Below are positions 1-13,123 of a stretch of DNA of 64,000 nucleotides, piece by piece. The position numbers and the translations under genes were made by a program. Each line of letters opens with the position of its first letter. Within the stretch, counting starts at the first letter, position 1. Origin of the DNA: Anaeramoeba ignava BMAN. Its lineage: Eukaryota; Protista; Anaeramoebae. A model generated the notes under the pieces. That model ran no database searches. It was not told where the DNA came from and saw only the letters and a program-made list of their open reading frames with translations. Location of the stretch: assembly GCA_028826165.1 (NCBI GenBank), contig JAPDFW010000092.1:186001-250000 (forward strand), in the 5' to 3' direction.

Positions 1-216
1 CTTGATTATCCATTTTTTGAAACAAGTTCAAAAGAAAATATTAATGTTAATGAAGCTTTTGATACTTTTTTTAAACAAGTTGGAACAAGAGCTGTTCAAA
101 CAAATGATCCAAATATTAAAAATCCAAATAAATATCCAAATCAAAATCAAAACCAAAATCAAAATCAAAATCAAAATTCAAATTCAAATTCAAATAAAAA
201 ATGTTTATGTTTTTGA
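1..216 (+). CDS. Rab1-like GTPase copy 0, last exon only (truncated by window edge), ends KKCLCF
   Basis: Frame 1 reads [20 protein letters not shown]...KKCLCF* (G5 box plus Cys motif); TGA at 214-216. Confidence 0.9.
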   Translation, partial: LDYPFFETSSKENINVNEAFDTFFKQVGTRAVQTNDPNIKNPNKYPNQNQNQNQNQNQNSNSNSNKKCLCF

Positions 217-330
217 ATTTAATTTTATATTTATTTCATCAATTCAAAATTATTTGAATAAATTTTAATCCAAAAATCAAATTTTTCAAAATTTTTCATT
301 TTTCATTTTTTATTTTTCAATTTTCAAAAA

Positions 331-1354
331 ATGAATCAAGATTATGATTATAGAATTAAAATACTTTTAGTTGGAGATTATTCAGTTGGGAAATCTAGTT
401 TAGTTCTTAGATATTTTGTATTTAAAAATTTATTTTTATCAAAAATATTATTAATAATAAAAATATAAAAATTGAATAAATAATTAAAAGGATAATACAT
501 TTACAGAATCATATGTATCTACAATTGGAGTTGATTTTGTAAGTTAAGTTAAGTTAAATTAAATATTAATTAATTTAATAAATTAATTTTTTTAATTTTT
601 TAATTTAAAATTTAATCCAAAAAAAAAGAAAATTAAAACAATGGAAATGAATGAAAAGATTTATAAGTTTCTTGTTGTAAAAATATTATTTTAAAACTTT
701 TTAAAACAAATTCTAATTTTATTCCAATTTCCAAAATTTTATTCCGATTTCTAAAAAATATTAAAAATTAAAATATAAAATATAAAATATAAAATATAAA
801 ATATAAAATATAATATAAAATATAAAGTGGGATGCATCAGGAGGTGAAAGATTTAGACAAATAACTTCATCTTATTATAGAGGAACACATGGAATTATGA
901 TTCTTTATGATGTTACAAATCAAGAATCATTTGATAATATTAAAAATTGGATTAAAGAAATTCAAAGATATGGAAATGATACTGTTAATATTATGTTAAT
1001 TGGAACAAAATCTGATTTAATTTCAAAAAAAGTTATTGATACAGAAACTGGAGAAGTAATTTATATTTTTATATTTTTATATTTTTATATTTTTATAAAT
1101 TCAATTCCAAATAAAAATAAAAATAAATCAAATAAAAGAAATTAGCAGAACAACTTGGTTATCCATTTTTTGAAACAAGTTCAAAAGAAAATATTAATGT
1201 TAATGAAGCTTTTGATACTTTTTTTAAACAAGTTGGAACAAGAGCTGTTCAAACAAATGATCCAAATATTAAAAATCCAGATAAATATCCAAATGAAAAT
1301 CAAAATCAAAATCAAAAAAATCAAAATTCAAAATCAAAATGTTTATGTTTTTGA
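331..1354 (+). CDS. Rab1-like GTPase copy 1 (exons 331-417, 491-538, 629-676, 828-1055, 1139-1354)
   Basis: Spliced reading gives GDYSVGKS / [11 protein letters not shown] / WDASGGE / YYRGTHG / GTKSD / ETSSK / CLCF*; four phase-0 GT-AG introns. Confidence 0.92.
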
Positions 1355-1466
1355 ATTTAATTTTATATTTATTTCATCAATTCAAAATTATTTGAATAAA
1401 TTTTAATTCAAAAATTCAAAAAAATTCAAAAATTCATTTTTTTTTTTTATTTTTCAATTTTCAAAA

Positions 1467-2387
1467 ATGAATAAAGATTATGATTTCCTTTATAAAATTG
1501 CTTTTGTTGGAGATTATGGAGTTGGGAAAACGAATTTAATTTATAAATTTGTTGTATTTTCTTTTTTTGAAATAATTTATAAACAAAAATTCAATAAAAA
1601 CAAAACGTTTTTTTATTATTTTGAATAAAAAAAATAAAGGAAGGAACATTTTCTGAAACACCAATTTTAAGAATTCCAAATGATTTTGTGAAATTTCCTT
1701 TTAAAAATAATAATTAATTCAATTCAATTTAATTTAATTTAATTTCTCTTCTTTTTTCTAATTAATTAAACAAAAAATATTTTCAAATTTAGCCTTATAA
1801 AAAACTTGAATTTAATGAAAAAATTATTAAACTTCAATTTGTAAATTAATTTTCTTTTTAAATTAATTAATTAAAATTGATTTAAAATTGATTTAAATAA
1901 TTCAAAGTGGGATCCATCAGGAGGTGAAAGATTTAGAGCATTAACAAAATATTTTTATAGAGGAGCACATGGAATTATTCTTCTTTATGATGTTACAAAT
2001 CAAGATTCATTTGATAATCTTAAATATTGGATTAAAAAAATACAAGAATATGCACCTGAAAATATTAATATTATGTTAATTGGAACAAAATCAGATTTAA
2101 TTTCTCAAAAAGTTATTGATACAGAAACTGGAGAAGTAATTTTATATAATTTTATATATTTAATTCCAAAAAATTTATTCCCAAAAAAATATAAACAAAT
2201 CAAATAAAAGAAATTTGCAGAACAACTTGGATATTCATTTTTTGAAACAAGTTCAAAAGAAAATATTAATATTAATGAAGTTTTCCAAAAAATGATTGAA
2301 GAAATCGAAAAAAGAGATAAACAAAATCAAAATACAAATACAAACCAAAATACAAATCAAATCCAAAATCAAGAAAAATGTTTTTGA
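1467..2387 (+). CDS. Rab1-like GTPase copy 2, highly divergent
   Basis: GDYGVGKT / ETPILRIPNDF (switch-I Thr lost) / WDPSGGE / GTKSD / ends EKCF*; same 5-exon layout. Confidence 0.88.
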
Positions 2388-2493
2388 ATTTAATTTTTAT
2401 ATTTATTTCATCAACTCTAAAATTATTTGAATAAAATTTAATTCAAAATCCAAAAAATCATTTCCATTTTTTATTTGTTTTTTCTTTTCAAAA

Positions 2494-3424
2494 ATGAATC
2501 AAGATTGTTACAGTATTAAAATACTTTTAATTGGTGATTATCAAGTTGGAAAGTCTCGTTTAATTTTGAGATATTTTGTATTAAAAAATTTATTTCAAAA
2601 AACGTTTTTTTATCAAAATTATTATTAATAATAAAAATATCCAAATTGAATAAATAATTAAAAGGATGATACATTTACAGAGCCATATTTTGCCACAATT
2701 AGAATTGAATTTGTAAGTTAAGTTAAGTTAAATTAAATATTAATTAATTTAATAAGTTTATTAACTAATTTTTTTAATTTTTAAATTTTAAATTTAATCC
2801 AAAAAAAAAGAAAATTAAAACAATAGAAATAAATGGAAAGATTTTTCAGTTTTTTGTTGTAAAAATAGTTTTTAAAACTTTTTAAAACAAATTCCTAATT
2901 TTATTCTGATTTACAAAAAATAATAAAATAATAAATATAAAATATATAAAAAGTGGGATCCATCAGGAGCTGAAAGATTTAGAGCAGTAGCAAAATCTTA
3001 TTATAGAGGAACACATGGAATTATTCTTCTTTATGATGTTACAAATCAAGATTCATTTAATAATCTTAAATATTGGATGAAAGAAATTCAAGAATATGCA
3101 CCTGATAATGTGAATATGATTTTAATTGGAACAAAATCTGATTTAATTTCTCAAAAAGTTATTGATACAGAAACTGGAGAAGTAATTTTATAATTTTTAA
3201 TTTTTATATTTTATAAATTCAAAAAATATTTATTCCAAATAAATCAAATCAAATAAAAGAAATTTGCAGAACAACTTGGAATTTCATTTTTTGAAACAAG
3301 TTCAAAAGAAAATATTAATGTTAATGAAGCTTTTGATACTTTTTTTAAACAAGTTGGAACAAGAGCTGTTCAAACAAATGATCCAAATATTAAAAATTCA
3401 AATGATACAAATTGTTGTTTTTGA
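2494..3424 (+). CDS. Rab1-like GTPase copy 3
   Basis: GDYQVGKS / ATIRIEF / WDPSGAE / GTKSD / NCCF*. Confidence 0.9.
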
Positions 3425-3516
3425 ATTTAATTAATTAATCAATAAAATTATTTGAATAAAATTCAAAATTCAAAAAATCATTTTCTTTCATTTTTTATTT
3501 TTGTTCAATTTCAAAA

Positions 3517-4503
3517 ATGAATCAAGATCATGATTATAGAATTAAAATACTTTTAATTGGTGATTATGGAGTTGGAAAATCTAGTTTCACTGAGAGATAT
3601 TTTGTATTTAAAAATTTTATTTTAATCAAAAAACGTTTTTTTATCAAAAATATTATTAATAATAAAAATATAAAAATTGAATAAATAATTAAAAGGATGA
3701 AAGATTTGAAGAACCATATATTTCTACAATTGGAATTGATTTTGTAAATTAAATATAAATATTAATATTATTAATTAATTTAATAAGTTTATTAACTAAT
3801 TTTAAATTTTAAATTTAATCCAAAAAAAAAGAAAGTTAAAACAATAGAAATAAATGGAAAGATCTTTAAATTTCTTGTTGTAAAAATAGTTTTTAAAACT
3901 TTTTAAAACAAATTCCTAATTTTATTCCAATTTCCAAAAAATAATAAATATAAAATATAAAATATAAAATATATAAAAAGTGGGATCCATCAGGAAGTGA
4001 AAGATATAGACAAATAACAAGATCTTATTATAGAGGAACACATGGAATTATGATTCTTTATGATGTTACAAATCAAGATTCATTTGATAATATTAAAAAT
4101 TGGATGAAGCAAATACAAGAATATGCACCTGATACTGTTAATATTATGTTAATTGGAACAAAATCTGATTTAATTTCAAAAAAAGTTATTGATACAGAAA
4201 CTGGAGAAGTAATTTTATAATTTTTATAAATTCAATTAAATTCAAATTATTTAATCCAAATAAATCAAAAATAATTCAAATAAGAAATTTGCAGAACAAC
4301 TTGGTTATCCATTTTTTGAAACAAGTTCAAAAGAAAATATAAATGTTAATGAAGCTTTTGAAACTTTTTTTAAACAAGTTGGAACAAGAGCTGTTCAAAC
4401 AAATGCTCCAAATATTAAAAATCCAAATAAATATCCAAATGAATATCAAAATCAAATTCAAATTCAAAATGAAATTTCAAATGATACAAATTGTTGTTTT
4501 TGA
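3517..4503 (+). CDS. Rab1-like GTPase copy 4
   Basis: GDYGVGKS / STIGIDF / WDPSGSE / GTKSD / NCCF*. Confidence 0.9.
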
Positions 4504-4609
4504 ATTTATTTAATTAATCAATAAAATTATTTGAATAAAATTCAAAAATCCAAAAATCCAAAAATCCAAAAATTCATTTTTTTTCATTTTTCATTTTCAA
4601 TTTTCAAAA

Positions 4610-5809
4610 ATGAATAAAGATTATGATTATAGAATTAAAATTATTTTAATTGGTGATTATGGAGTTGGAAAAACTAGTTTACTTTTGAGATATTTTGTAT
4701 TTAAAAATTTATATTTTTATCAAAATTAATAATAATAAAAATATAAAAATTGAATAAATAATTAAAAGGATGATACATTTACAGAATCATATATCACCAC
4801 AATCGGATTTGATTTTGTAATTTAAATTAAATATTAATAATATTAATTATTGCAATAAATTTATTAACTAATTTTTCAATTTTAAATTTAATCCAAAAAA
4901 AAGAAAATGAAAACAATAGAAATGGATAAAAAGATTTATAAGTTTCATGTTGTAAAAATATTTTTTAAAACTTTTTAAAACAAATTCTAATTTTATTCCG
5001 ATTTCCAAAAATTTATTCCGATTTCTAAAAAAATATAAAATATAAAATATATTATAAAATATATAAAAAGTGGGATACATCATCATCAGAAAGATTTAGA
5101 CAAATAACTTCATCTTATTATAGAGGAACACATGGAATTATGATTCTTTATGATGTTACAAGTCAAGATTCATTTGATAATCTTAAAACTTGGATGCAAG
5201 ATATTCAAAGATATGCACCTGATACTGTTAATATTATGTTAATTGGAACAAAATCTGATTTGATTTCTCAAAAAGTTATTGATACAGAAACTGGAGAAGT
5301 AATTTTATATTTTATAATTTTTATATTTTTCAATTCAAAAAATATTTAATTCCAAATAAAAATATAAAATAAATTAAATAAAAGAAATTTGCAGAACAAC
5401 TTGATTATCCATTTTTTGAAACAAGTTCAAAAGAAAATATAAATGTTAATGATGCTTTTGAAACTTTTTTTAAACAAGTTGGAACAAGAATTATTCAAAC
5501 AAATAATCAAAATCAAAATCAAAATCAAAATCAAAATCAAATTCAAATTCAAAATCAAAATCAAAATCAAAATCAAAATCAAAATCAAAATCAAAATCAA
5601 AATCAAAATCAAAATCAAAATCAAAATAAAAATCAAAATCAAAATCAAAAAATCAAAATAATCAAAATCAAAATCAAATTCAAAATCAAATTCAAAATCA
5701 AAATCAAAATCAAAATCAAAATCAAAATCAAAATCAAAATCAAAATCAAAATCAAATTCAAAATCAAAATCAGAATCAAAATCAAAATCAAAAATGTTTA
5801 TGTTTTTGA
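4610..5809 (+). CDS. Rab1-like GTPase copy 5 with long poly-NQ tail (1-nt frameshift in an A-run near 5650)
   Basis: GDYGVGKT / TTIGFDF / WDTSSSE / GTKSD; CLCF* at 5795-5809 is reached only if one A is added in the run at about 5647-5652. Confidence 0.8.
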
Positions 5810-5877
5810 ATTTATTTATATTTAAATAAAATTTATTTGGATTATTATTTTCATTTTTTTCTTTTTTTCATTTCAAA

Positions 5878-6849
5878 ATGAATTCAAATTATGATTATAG
5901 AATTAATATTGTTTTAATTGGAGATTCTGGAGTTGGAAAAACTAGTTTACTTATTAGATATTTTGTATTTAAAAATTTAATTTTATCAAAAAACGTTTTT
6001 TTATCAAAAATATTATTAATAATAAAAATATCAAAATTGAATAAATAATTAAAAGGACGGTACATTTACAGAACCATATAATACTACAATTGGAGTTGAA
6101 TTTGTATGTTATATTAAATATTAATAATATTAATTAATTTAATAAATTTATTAACTAATTTTCTAATTTTTTGGATTTTGAATTTCAATTTAAATTTTAA
6201 TCCAAAAAAAAGAAAATTAAAACAATAGAAATGAATGAAAAGATTTATAAATTTCTTGTTGTAAAAAATAGTTTTATTTCCAAAAAAAAAGAAACTTAAA
6301 TCAAAATGTTAAAAATATATTAATAATAAATATAAAAAGTGGGATACAGCAGGAGCTGAAAGATTTAGAGCAGTAACAAGATCTTATTATAGAGGAGCAC
6401 ATGGAATTATGGTTATTTATGATGTTACAAATCAAGATTCATTTGATAATCTTAAAATTTGGATTCAACAAATTCAAGCATTTGCAAATGATAATGTTAA
6501 TATTATGTTAATTGGAGCAAAATCAGATTTAGTTTCAAAAAAAGTTATTGATACAGAAACTGGAGAAGTAATTATATAATTTATAATTTTTATATTTTAT
6601 AATTTAAATCAAATTATTTAATTCCAAAAAAATCAAAAATAAATTAAATTAAAGAAATTTGCAGAACAACTTGGAATTCCATTTTTTGAAACAAGTTCAA
6701 AAGAAAATATAAATGTTAATGAAGCTTTTGAAACTTTTTTTAAACAAGTTGGAACAAGAGCTGTTCAAACAAATGATCCAAATATTAAAAATCAAAATAA
6801 AAATCAAAATCAAAATCAAAATCAAAATAAAACAAATTGTTGTTTTTGA
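5878..6849 (+). CDS. Rab1-like GTPase copy 6
   Basis: GDSGVGKT / TTIGVEF / WDTAGAE / YYRGAHG / GAKSD / NCCF*. Confidence 0.92.
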
Positions 6850-6906
6850 ATTTAATTGAATCAATAAATTTATTTTTTTATTTTTCATTTTTTTATTTTT
6901 TTCGAA

Positions 6907-8042
6907 ATGAATCAAAATTATGATTATAGAATTAATATTATTTTAATTGGAGATTATGGAGTTGGAAAAACTAGTTTAGTTGAGCGATATTTTGTATTTG
7001 AATTTTATTTTAAATTAACTATAAAATTAAAAAACGTTTTTTTGAAATGATTTTGAAAATTATTAATAATAATCAAAATATTAAAATTGAATAAATAATT
7101 AAAAGGATGATATATTTGGAGAACCGTATATTTTAACAATTGGAATTGATTTTGTAAGTTAAATTAAGTTAAATCAATTTTAATTAATTTAATAAATTTA
7201 TTAACTAATTTTTTAATTTTTTGGATTTTGAATTTTAATTTTAAATTTTATCCAAAAAAAAGAAAATTAAAAAAATGGAAATAAATGAAAAGATTTATGA
7301 ATTTCTTGTTGTAAAAATAGTTTTATTTCCAAAAAAAAAGAAAATTAAATCAAAATGTTAAAAATATATTAATATAAATTATTAAAAGTGGGATACAGCA
7401 GGAGCTGAAAGATTTAGAAGAATAACCTCATCTTATTATCGATTAGCACATGGAATTATGCTTGTTTATGATGTTACAAATCAAGAATCATTTGATAATC
7501 TTAAATATTGGATGAAGGATATTCAAAGATATTCAAATGATAATGTTAATATTATGTTAATTGGAACAAAATCTGATTTAGTTTTCAAAAAAGTTATTGA
7601 TACAGAAAGTGGAGAAGTAATTTTATTATTTTATTATTTTTCTATTTTTCAACTCAATTCAAATTATTTAATTCCAAAAAATCAAAAATAAATTAAATAA
7701 AAGAAATTTGCAGAACAACTTGGAATTCCATTTTTTGAAACAAGTTCAAAAGAAAATATTAATGTTAATGATGCTTTTGAAACTTTTTTTAAACAAGTTG
7801 GAACAAGAATTATTCAAACAAATGATCCAAATAATCAAAATCAAAATCAAAATCAAAATCAAAATCAAAATCAAAATCAAAATCAAAATCAAAATCAAAA
7901 TAATCAAAATCAAAATAATCAAAATCAAAATCAAAATAATCAAAATCAAAATCAAAATCAAAATCAAAATAATCAAAATAATCAAAATAATCAAAATCAA
8001 AATCAAAATAAAAATCAAAATAAAAAATGTTTATGTTTTTAA
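6907..8042 (+). CDS. Rab1-like GTPase copy 7 with poly-NQ tail
   Basis: GDYGVGKT / LTIGIDF / WDTAGAE / YYRLAHG / GTKSD / CLCF*. Confidence 0.92.
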
Positions 8043-8125
8043 ATTCAAAATTAATTTTTATTTTTATTTAAATAAATTTATTATTTTCATTTTTTTTATT
8101 TTTTTCATTTTTTTCATTTTTCAAA

Positions 8126-9102
8126 ATGAATCAAGATTATGATTATAAAATTAATATATTTTTAATTGGAGATGCTGGAGCTGGGAAATCTAGTTTAATT
8201 CTGAGATATTTTGTAATAAAAAATTTTATTATTATTCAATATATTTTTCAAAATTATTATTAATAATAAAAATATCAAAATTGAATAAATAATTAAAAGG
8301 ATAATAATTTTATAGAATCATATATTGCCACAATTGGAGTTGATTTTGTATGTTATATTAAATATTAATAATATTAATTAATTTATTAAATTTATTAACT
8401 AATTTTCCAATTTTTTGGATTTTGAATTTTAATTTTAAATTTTAATCAAAAAAAAGAAAATTAAAACAACAGAAATGAATGAAAAGATTTATGAATTTCT
8501 TGTTGTAAAAATAGTTTTATTTCCAAAAAAAAAGAAAATTAAATCAAAATGTTAAAAATATATTAATAATAAATATAAAAAGTGGGATATAATAAAAGGA
8601 AATCAAATATTCACAACAATAACAAGATCTTATCTTCATTTAGCACATGGAATTATGCTTGTTTATGATGTTACAGATCAAGAATCATTTGATAATCTTA
8701 AAACTTGGATGAAGGATATTCAAAGATATGCACCTGATAATATTAATATTATGTTAATTGGAACAAAATCTGATTTAGTTTCTCAAAAAGTTATTGATAC
8801 AGAAAGTGGAGAAGTAATTTTATTATTTTATTATTTTTATATTTTTCAATTCAATTCAAATTATTTAATTCCAAAAAAAATATAAATAAATCAAATTAAA
8901 GAAATTTGCAGAACAACTTGGAATTCCATTTTTTGAAACAAGTTCAAAAGAAAATATTAATGTTTATGAAGCTTTTGAAACTTTTTTTAAACAAGTTGGA
9001 ACAAGAATTATTCAAACAAATGATCCAAATAATCAAAATAATCAAAATAATCAAAATCAAAATCAAAATAAAAATCAAAATAAAAAATGTTTATGTTTTT
9101 AA
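8126..9102 (+). CDS. Rab1-like GTPase copy 8
   Basis: GDAGAGKS / ATIGVDF / WDIIKGNQ (one-codon insertion in G3) / YLHLAHG / GTKSD / CLCF*. Confidence 0.9.
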
Positions 9103-9185
9103 ATTCAAAATTAATTTTTATTTTTATTTAAATAAATTTATTATTTTCATTTTTTTCATTTTTTTCATTTTTTTCATTTTTCAAA

Positions 9186-10193
9186 ATGAATCAAGATTAT
9201 GATTATAAAATTAATATTGTTTTAATTGGAGATTCTGGAGCTGGAAAAACTAGTTTAATTCTTAGATATTTTGTAATAAAAAATTTTATAATTATTCAAT
9301 ATATTTTTCAAAATTATTAATAATAAAAATATCAAAATTGAATAAATAATTAAAAGGATAATAATTTTTCGGAATCATATATTGCCACAATTGGAGTTGA
9401 TTTTGTAAGTTAAATTAAGTTAAATCAATTTTAATTAATTTAATAAGTTTATTAACTAATTTTCCAATTTTTTGGATTTTGAATTTTAATTTTAAATTTT
9501 AATCAAAAAAAAGAAAATGAAAACAATAGAAATGAATGAAAAGATTTATAAATTTCTTGTTGTAAAAACAATTTCTAAAATAGTTTTATTTCCAAAAAAA
9601 AAGAAACTTAAATCAAAATGTTAAAAATATATTATATAAAAAATATAAAAAGTGGGATACAGCAGGAAGTCAAAGAATTACTATACTAACTTCATCTCAT
9701 TTTCGATTAGCACATGGAATTATGCTTCTTTATGATGTTACAGATCAAGAATCATTTGATAATCTTAAATATTGGATGAAGGATATTCAAAAATATTCAA
9801 ATGATAATGTAAATATTATGTTAATTGGAGCAAAATCTGATTTAGTTTCTCAAAAAGTTATTGATACAGAAAGTGGAGAAGTAATTTTATTATTTTATTA
9901 TTTTTCTATTTTTCAATTCAATTCAAAATATTTAATTCCAAAAAAAATATAAATAAATTAAATTAAAGAAATTTGCAGAACAACTTGGAATTCCATTTTT
10001 TGAAACAAGTTCAAAAGAAAATATTAATGTTTTTGAAGCTTTTGAAACTTTTTTTAAACAAGTTGGAACAAGAATTATTCAAACAAATGATCCAAATAAT
10101 CAAAATCAAAATCAAAATCAAAATCAAAATCAAAATCAAAATCAAATTCAAAATCAAAATCAAAATCAAAATAAAAAATGTTTATGTTTTTAA
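9186..10193 (+). CDS. Rab1-like GTPase copy 9
   Basis: GDSGAGKT / ATIGVDF / WDTAGSQ / HFRLAHG / GAKSD / CLCF*. Confidence 0.9.
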
Positions 10194-10289
10194 ATTCAAA
10201 ATTAATTTTGGAAAAATTTATTTTCATTTTTCTTTTCTTTTCTTTTCTTGATATTATATTAAAATGGAAAAACAAACTTAAAAATGTTT

Positions 10290-11249
10290 ATGTTTTTAAA
10301 TTCAAAAATAAGTTTAATTATTCGATATTTTTATTTTAAAATTTTTCATTTTTCAATTCAAAAACAAAAAACATTTTTCAAATAAAATTCAAAACCAAAA
10401 ATTTTGGAAAACGTTTTTCTTTGAAAATTTTGATAAAAATTTTTTATTGATTCTTATATTTCATCAATTGGAGTTGATTTTTAAATAAATATTAAATTAA
10501 TTCAATTAATGAAAGGATAATAATTTTTAAAGAAAGATCTTTTACAATTTGAGTTGATTTTTGTTGTTGAATTTAATTAGAGAATAATTTAAAATTTGAA
10601 TAAATTTAAAAGGTTTTCCAATTTTTGGATTTTTGAATTAAAAATTTTAAAAAATATTCAAAATATTCAAAAAAATTAAAAATATCCAAAAATATTCAAA
10701 AATATTCAAAAATATTCAAAAATATTTTATTTCCAAAAAATATTAAAAAAATATTCAAAAATATTCAAAAATATTCAAAAATATAAAAAGTGGGATTTTC
10801 ATTCAAATCAAATATATAGACCTGTAACAATTATTATTATTATAAATCAGCACATGGAATTATGCTTCTTTATGATGTTACAGATCAAGAATCATTTGAT
10901 AATCTTAAATATTGGATTAAAGAAATCCAAGAAAAAGCACCAGATGATGTAAATGTTATTATAATTGGAACAAAATCTGATTTAGTTTCCAAAAAAATTA
11001 TTGATACAGAAACTGGAAAAGTAAATTAAATTAATCCATAAATATAATTAATTCATAATTATAAATAATTTTATAAATTTAAAAAAAAAGAATTTTGCAG
11101 AACAACTTGGTTATCCATTTTTTGAAATAAGTTCAAAAGAAAATATTAATATTAATGAAGCTTTTGAAACAATAATTAAACAATCTTCCAAAAAATTAAA
11201 ACAAAACCCAATCGAAACAAAACAAGAAAAGAAATGTTTATTTATTTGA
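10290..11249 (+). pseudogene. Rab1-like copy 10: 5' exons scrambled, exon 4 frameshifted (pseudogene or mis-assembled)
   Basis: Fragments SLIIRYF and DSYISSIGVDF; exon 4 from 10791 reads WDFHSNQIYRPV then shifts frame; last exon intact, ends KKCLFI*. Confidence 0.6.
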
Positions 11250-11416
11250 ATTAAAAAATTTTTTTTGGACTGAAAAGAAAAGAAATTTTTTTCTTTTGTT
11301 TTTCTTTTTTGTCTTTTTTGTTTTTTTTGTTGAATGAAAAAAATCAAAAAATTTCATTTTTCATTTTTTTTTCATTTTTTTTTTCATTTTGTTTAAAATT
11401 TGGGAAATATTTTTTA

Positions 11417-13039
11417 ATGAATGCAGATTTTGATTATCTTTTTAAAATATCTTTTCTTGGTGATTCTGGAGTTGGAAAATCAAGTTTAATTTATCGTTAT
11501 TCTGTATTTTATTTAAAAAGAAAATTTTATAAAAATAAATTTTAAATAAATCTTTCTTTATTTGTAATTGGATTTAAATCAAATTTAAAAGGATGGAACA
11601 TTTATAGATTCTTTTATTTCAACAATTGGGATTGATTTCGTAATTTAATTTCATATTTTTCTTCTTCAAATAAACCATAAAATAACAACAATTATTTTTC
11701 CTTTAATTTTTTTTCCTAAATTTCTTTTAAATTAGAAAATTAAAAAAATTGAAACAAACGGAAAAATTTTCAAACTTCAGCTTGTACATCTTTTTTTAAA
11801 CTTCAAATTCAATTTTAAACTTCAAATCAAAATCTAAATCTAAATCTAAATATAAATCTAAATCTAAATCTAAATCAAAATCTAAATCAAAATCAAAATC
11901 TAAATCTAAATCTAAATCTAAATCTAAATCTAAATCTAAATCTAAATCTAAATCTAAATCTAAATCTAAATCTAAATCTAAATCTAAATCTAAATCTAAA
12001 TCTAAATCTAAATCTAAAATCTAAATCAAAATCAAAATCTAAATCTAAATCTAAATCTAAATCTAAATCACAAATCAAAATCAAAAAATCTAAATCTAAA
12101 TCTAAATATAAATATAAATCAAAATCTAAATCTAAAATGCAAAATCTAAATGCAAAATCTAAAAAATCAAAATAAAAATAAAAATCAAAATCTAAAAAAT
12201 GCAAATCAAATGCAAATCTAAATCTAAATCTAAAATCAAATCTAAATCAAATCTAAATCAAAATCAAATCTAAATCAAAATAAATCTAAATCTAAATCCA
12301 AATCTAAATCTAAATCAAAATCAAAAATGCAAAATCAAGCTAAATTAAAAAATCAAATCTAAAATCCAAATAAATAAATCTAAAAATCTAAAATCAAAAT
12401 CTAAATCTAAATCTAAATCTAAATCTAAATCTAAATCTAAATCTAAATCTAAATCTAAATCTAAATCTAAATCTAAATCAAAATCTAAATCTAAATCTAA
12501 ATCTAAATCAAAATCAAAATCAAAATCAAAATCAAAATTAAAATTTCAAAAATTCAATTAAAAAAAGTGGGATTTAACAGGAAATGAAAGATTTAGGTTA
12601 ATTCCAAGATCTTTTTATAGAGGAGCACATGGAATTATGCTTCTTTATGATGTTACAAATCAAGATTCATTTGATAATCTTAAAAATTGGATTCAATCAA
12701 TTCAAGAAAAAGCACCTGAAAATGTAAATATTATTTTAGTAGGAACAAAAATTGATTTGGTTTCCAAAAAAGTTATTGATACAGAAACTGGAAAAGTAAA
12801 TTAAATTAATTCATAAATATAATTAATTCATAATTATAAATAATTTTATAAATTTAAAAAAAAAGAATTTTGCAGAACAACTTGGTTTTTCATTTTTTGA
12901 AATAAGTTCAAAAGAAAATATTAATGTTGATGAAGCTTTTCATCATTTTGTTCATCAAATTTATCAAAGAGTTAATCAAGATCCACAAAATAATCTTAAT
13001 TTGATTGAAAATCAAAAAAAAGAAAATTCTTGTTTTTAA
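11417..13039 (+). CDS. Rab1-like GTPase copy 11
   Basis: FDYLFK / GDSGVGKS / STIGIDF / WDLTGNE / GTKID / EISSK / NSCF*; intron 3 expanded by (AAATCT)n. Confidence 0.9.
11826..12540 (+). repeat. (AAATCT)n/(AAAATC)n microsatellite in intron 3 of copy 11
   Basis: Direct inspection of the sequence. Confidence 0.95.
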
Positions 13040-13123
13040 TAATTATTTTTTTTTAATAAATATTTTTTTTGTTATTGAAATTTATTTTTCATTTTTCATT
13101 TTTTATTTTTCATTAAAAATTAA

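Noticed and set aside
11826-12540. (AAATCT)n, i.e. TTTAGA on the minus strand, as interstitial telomeric repeat
   Set aside because: It lacks G-runs, grades into the ubiquitous AAAATC repeat and lies within an intron.
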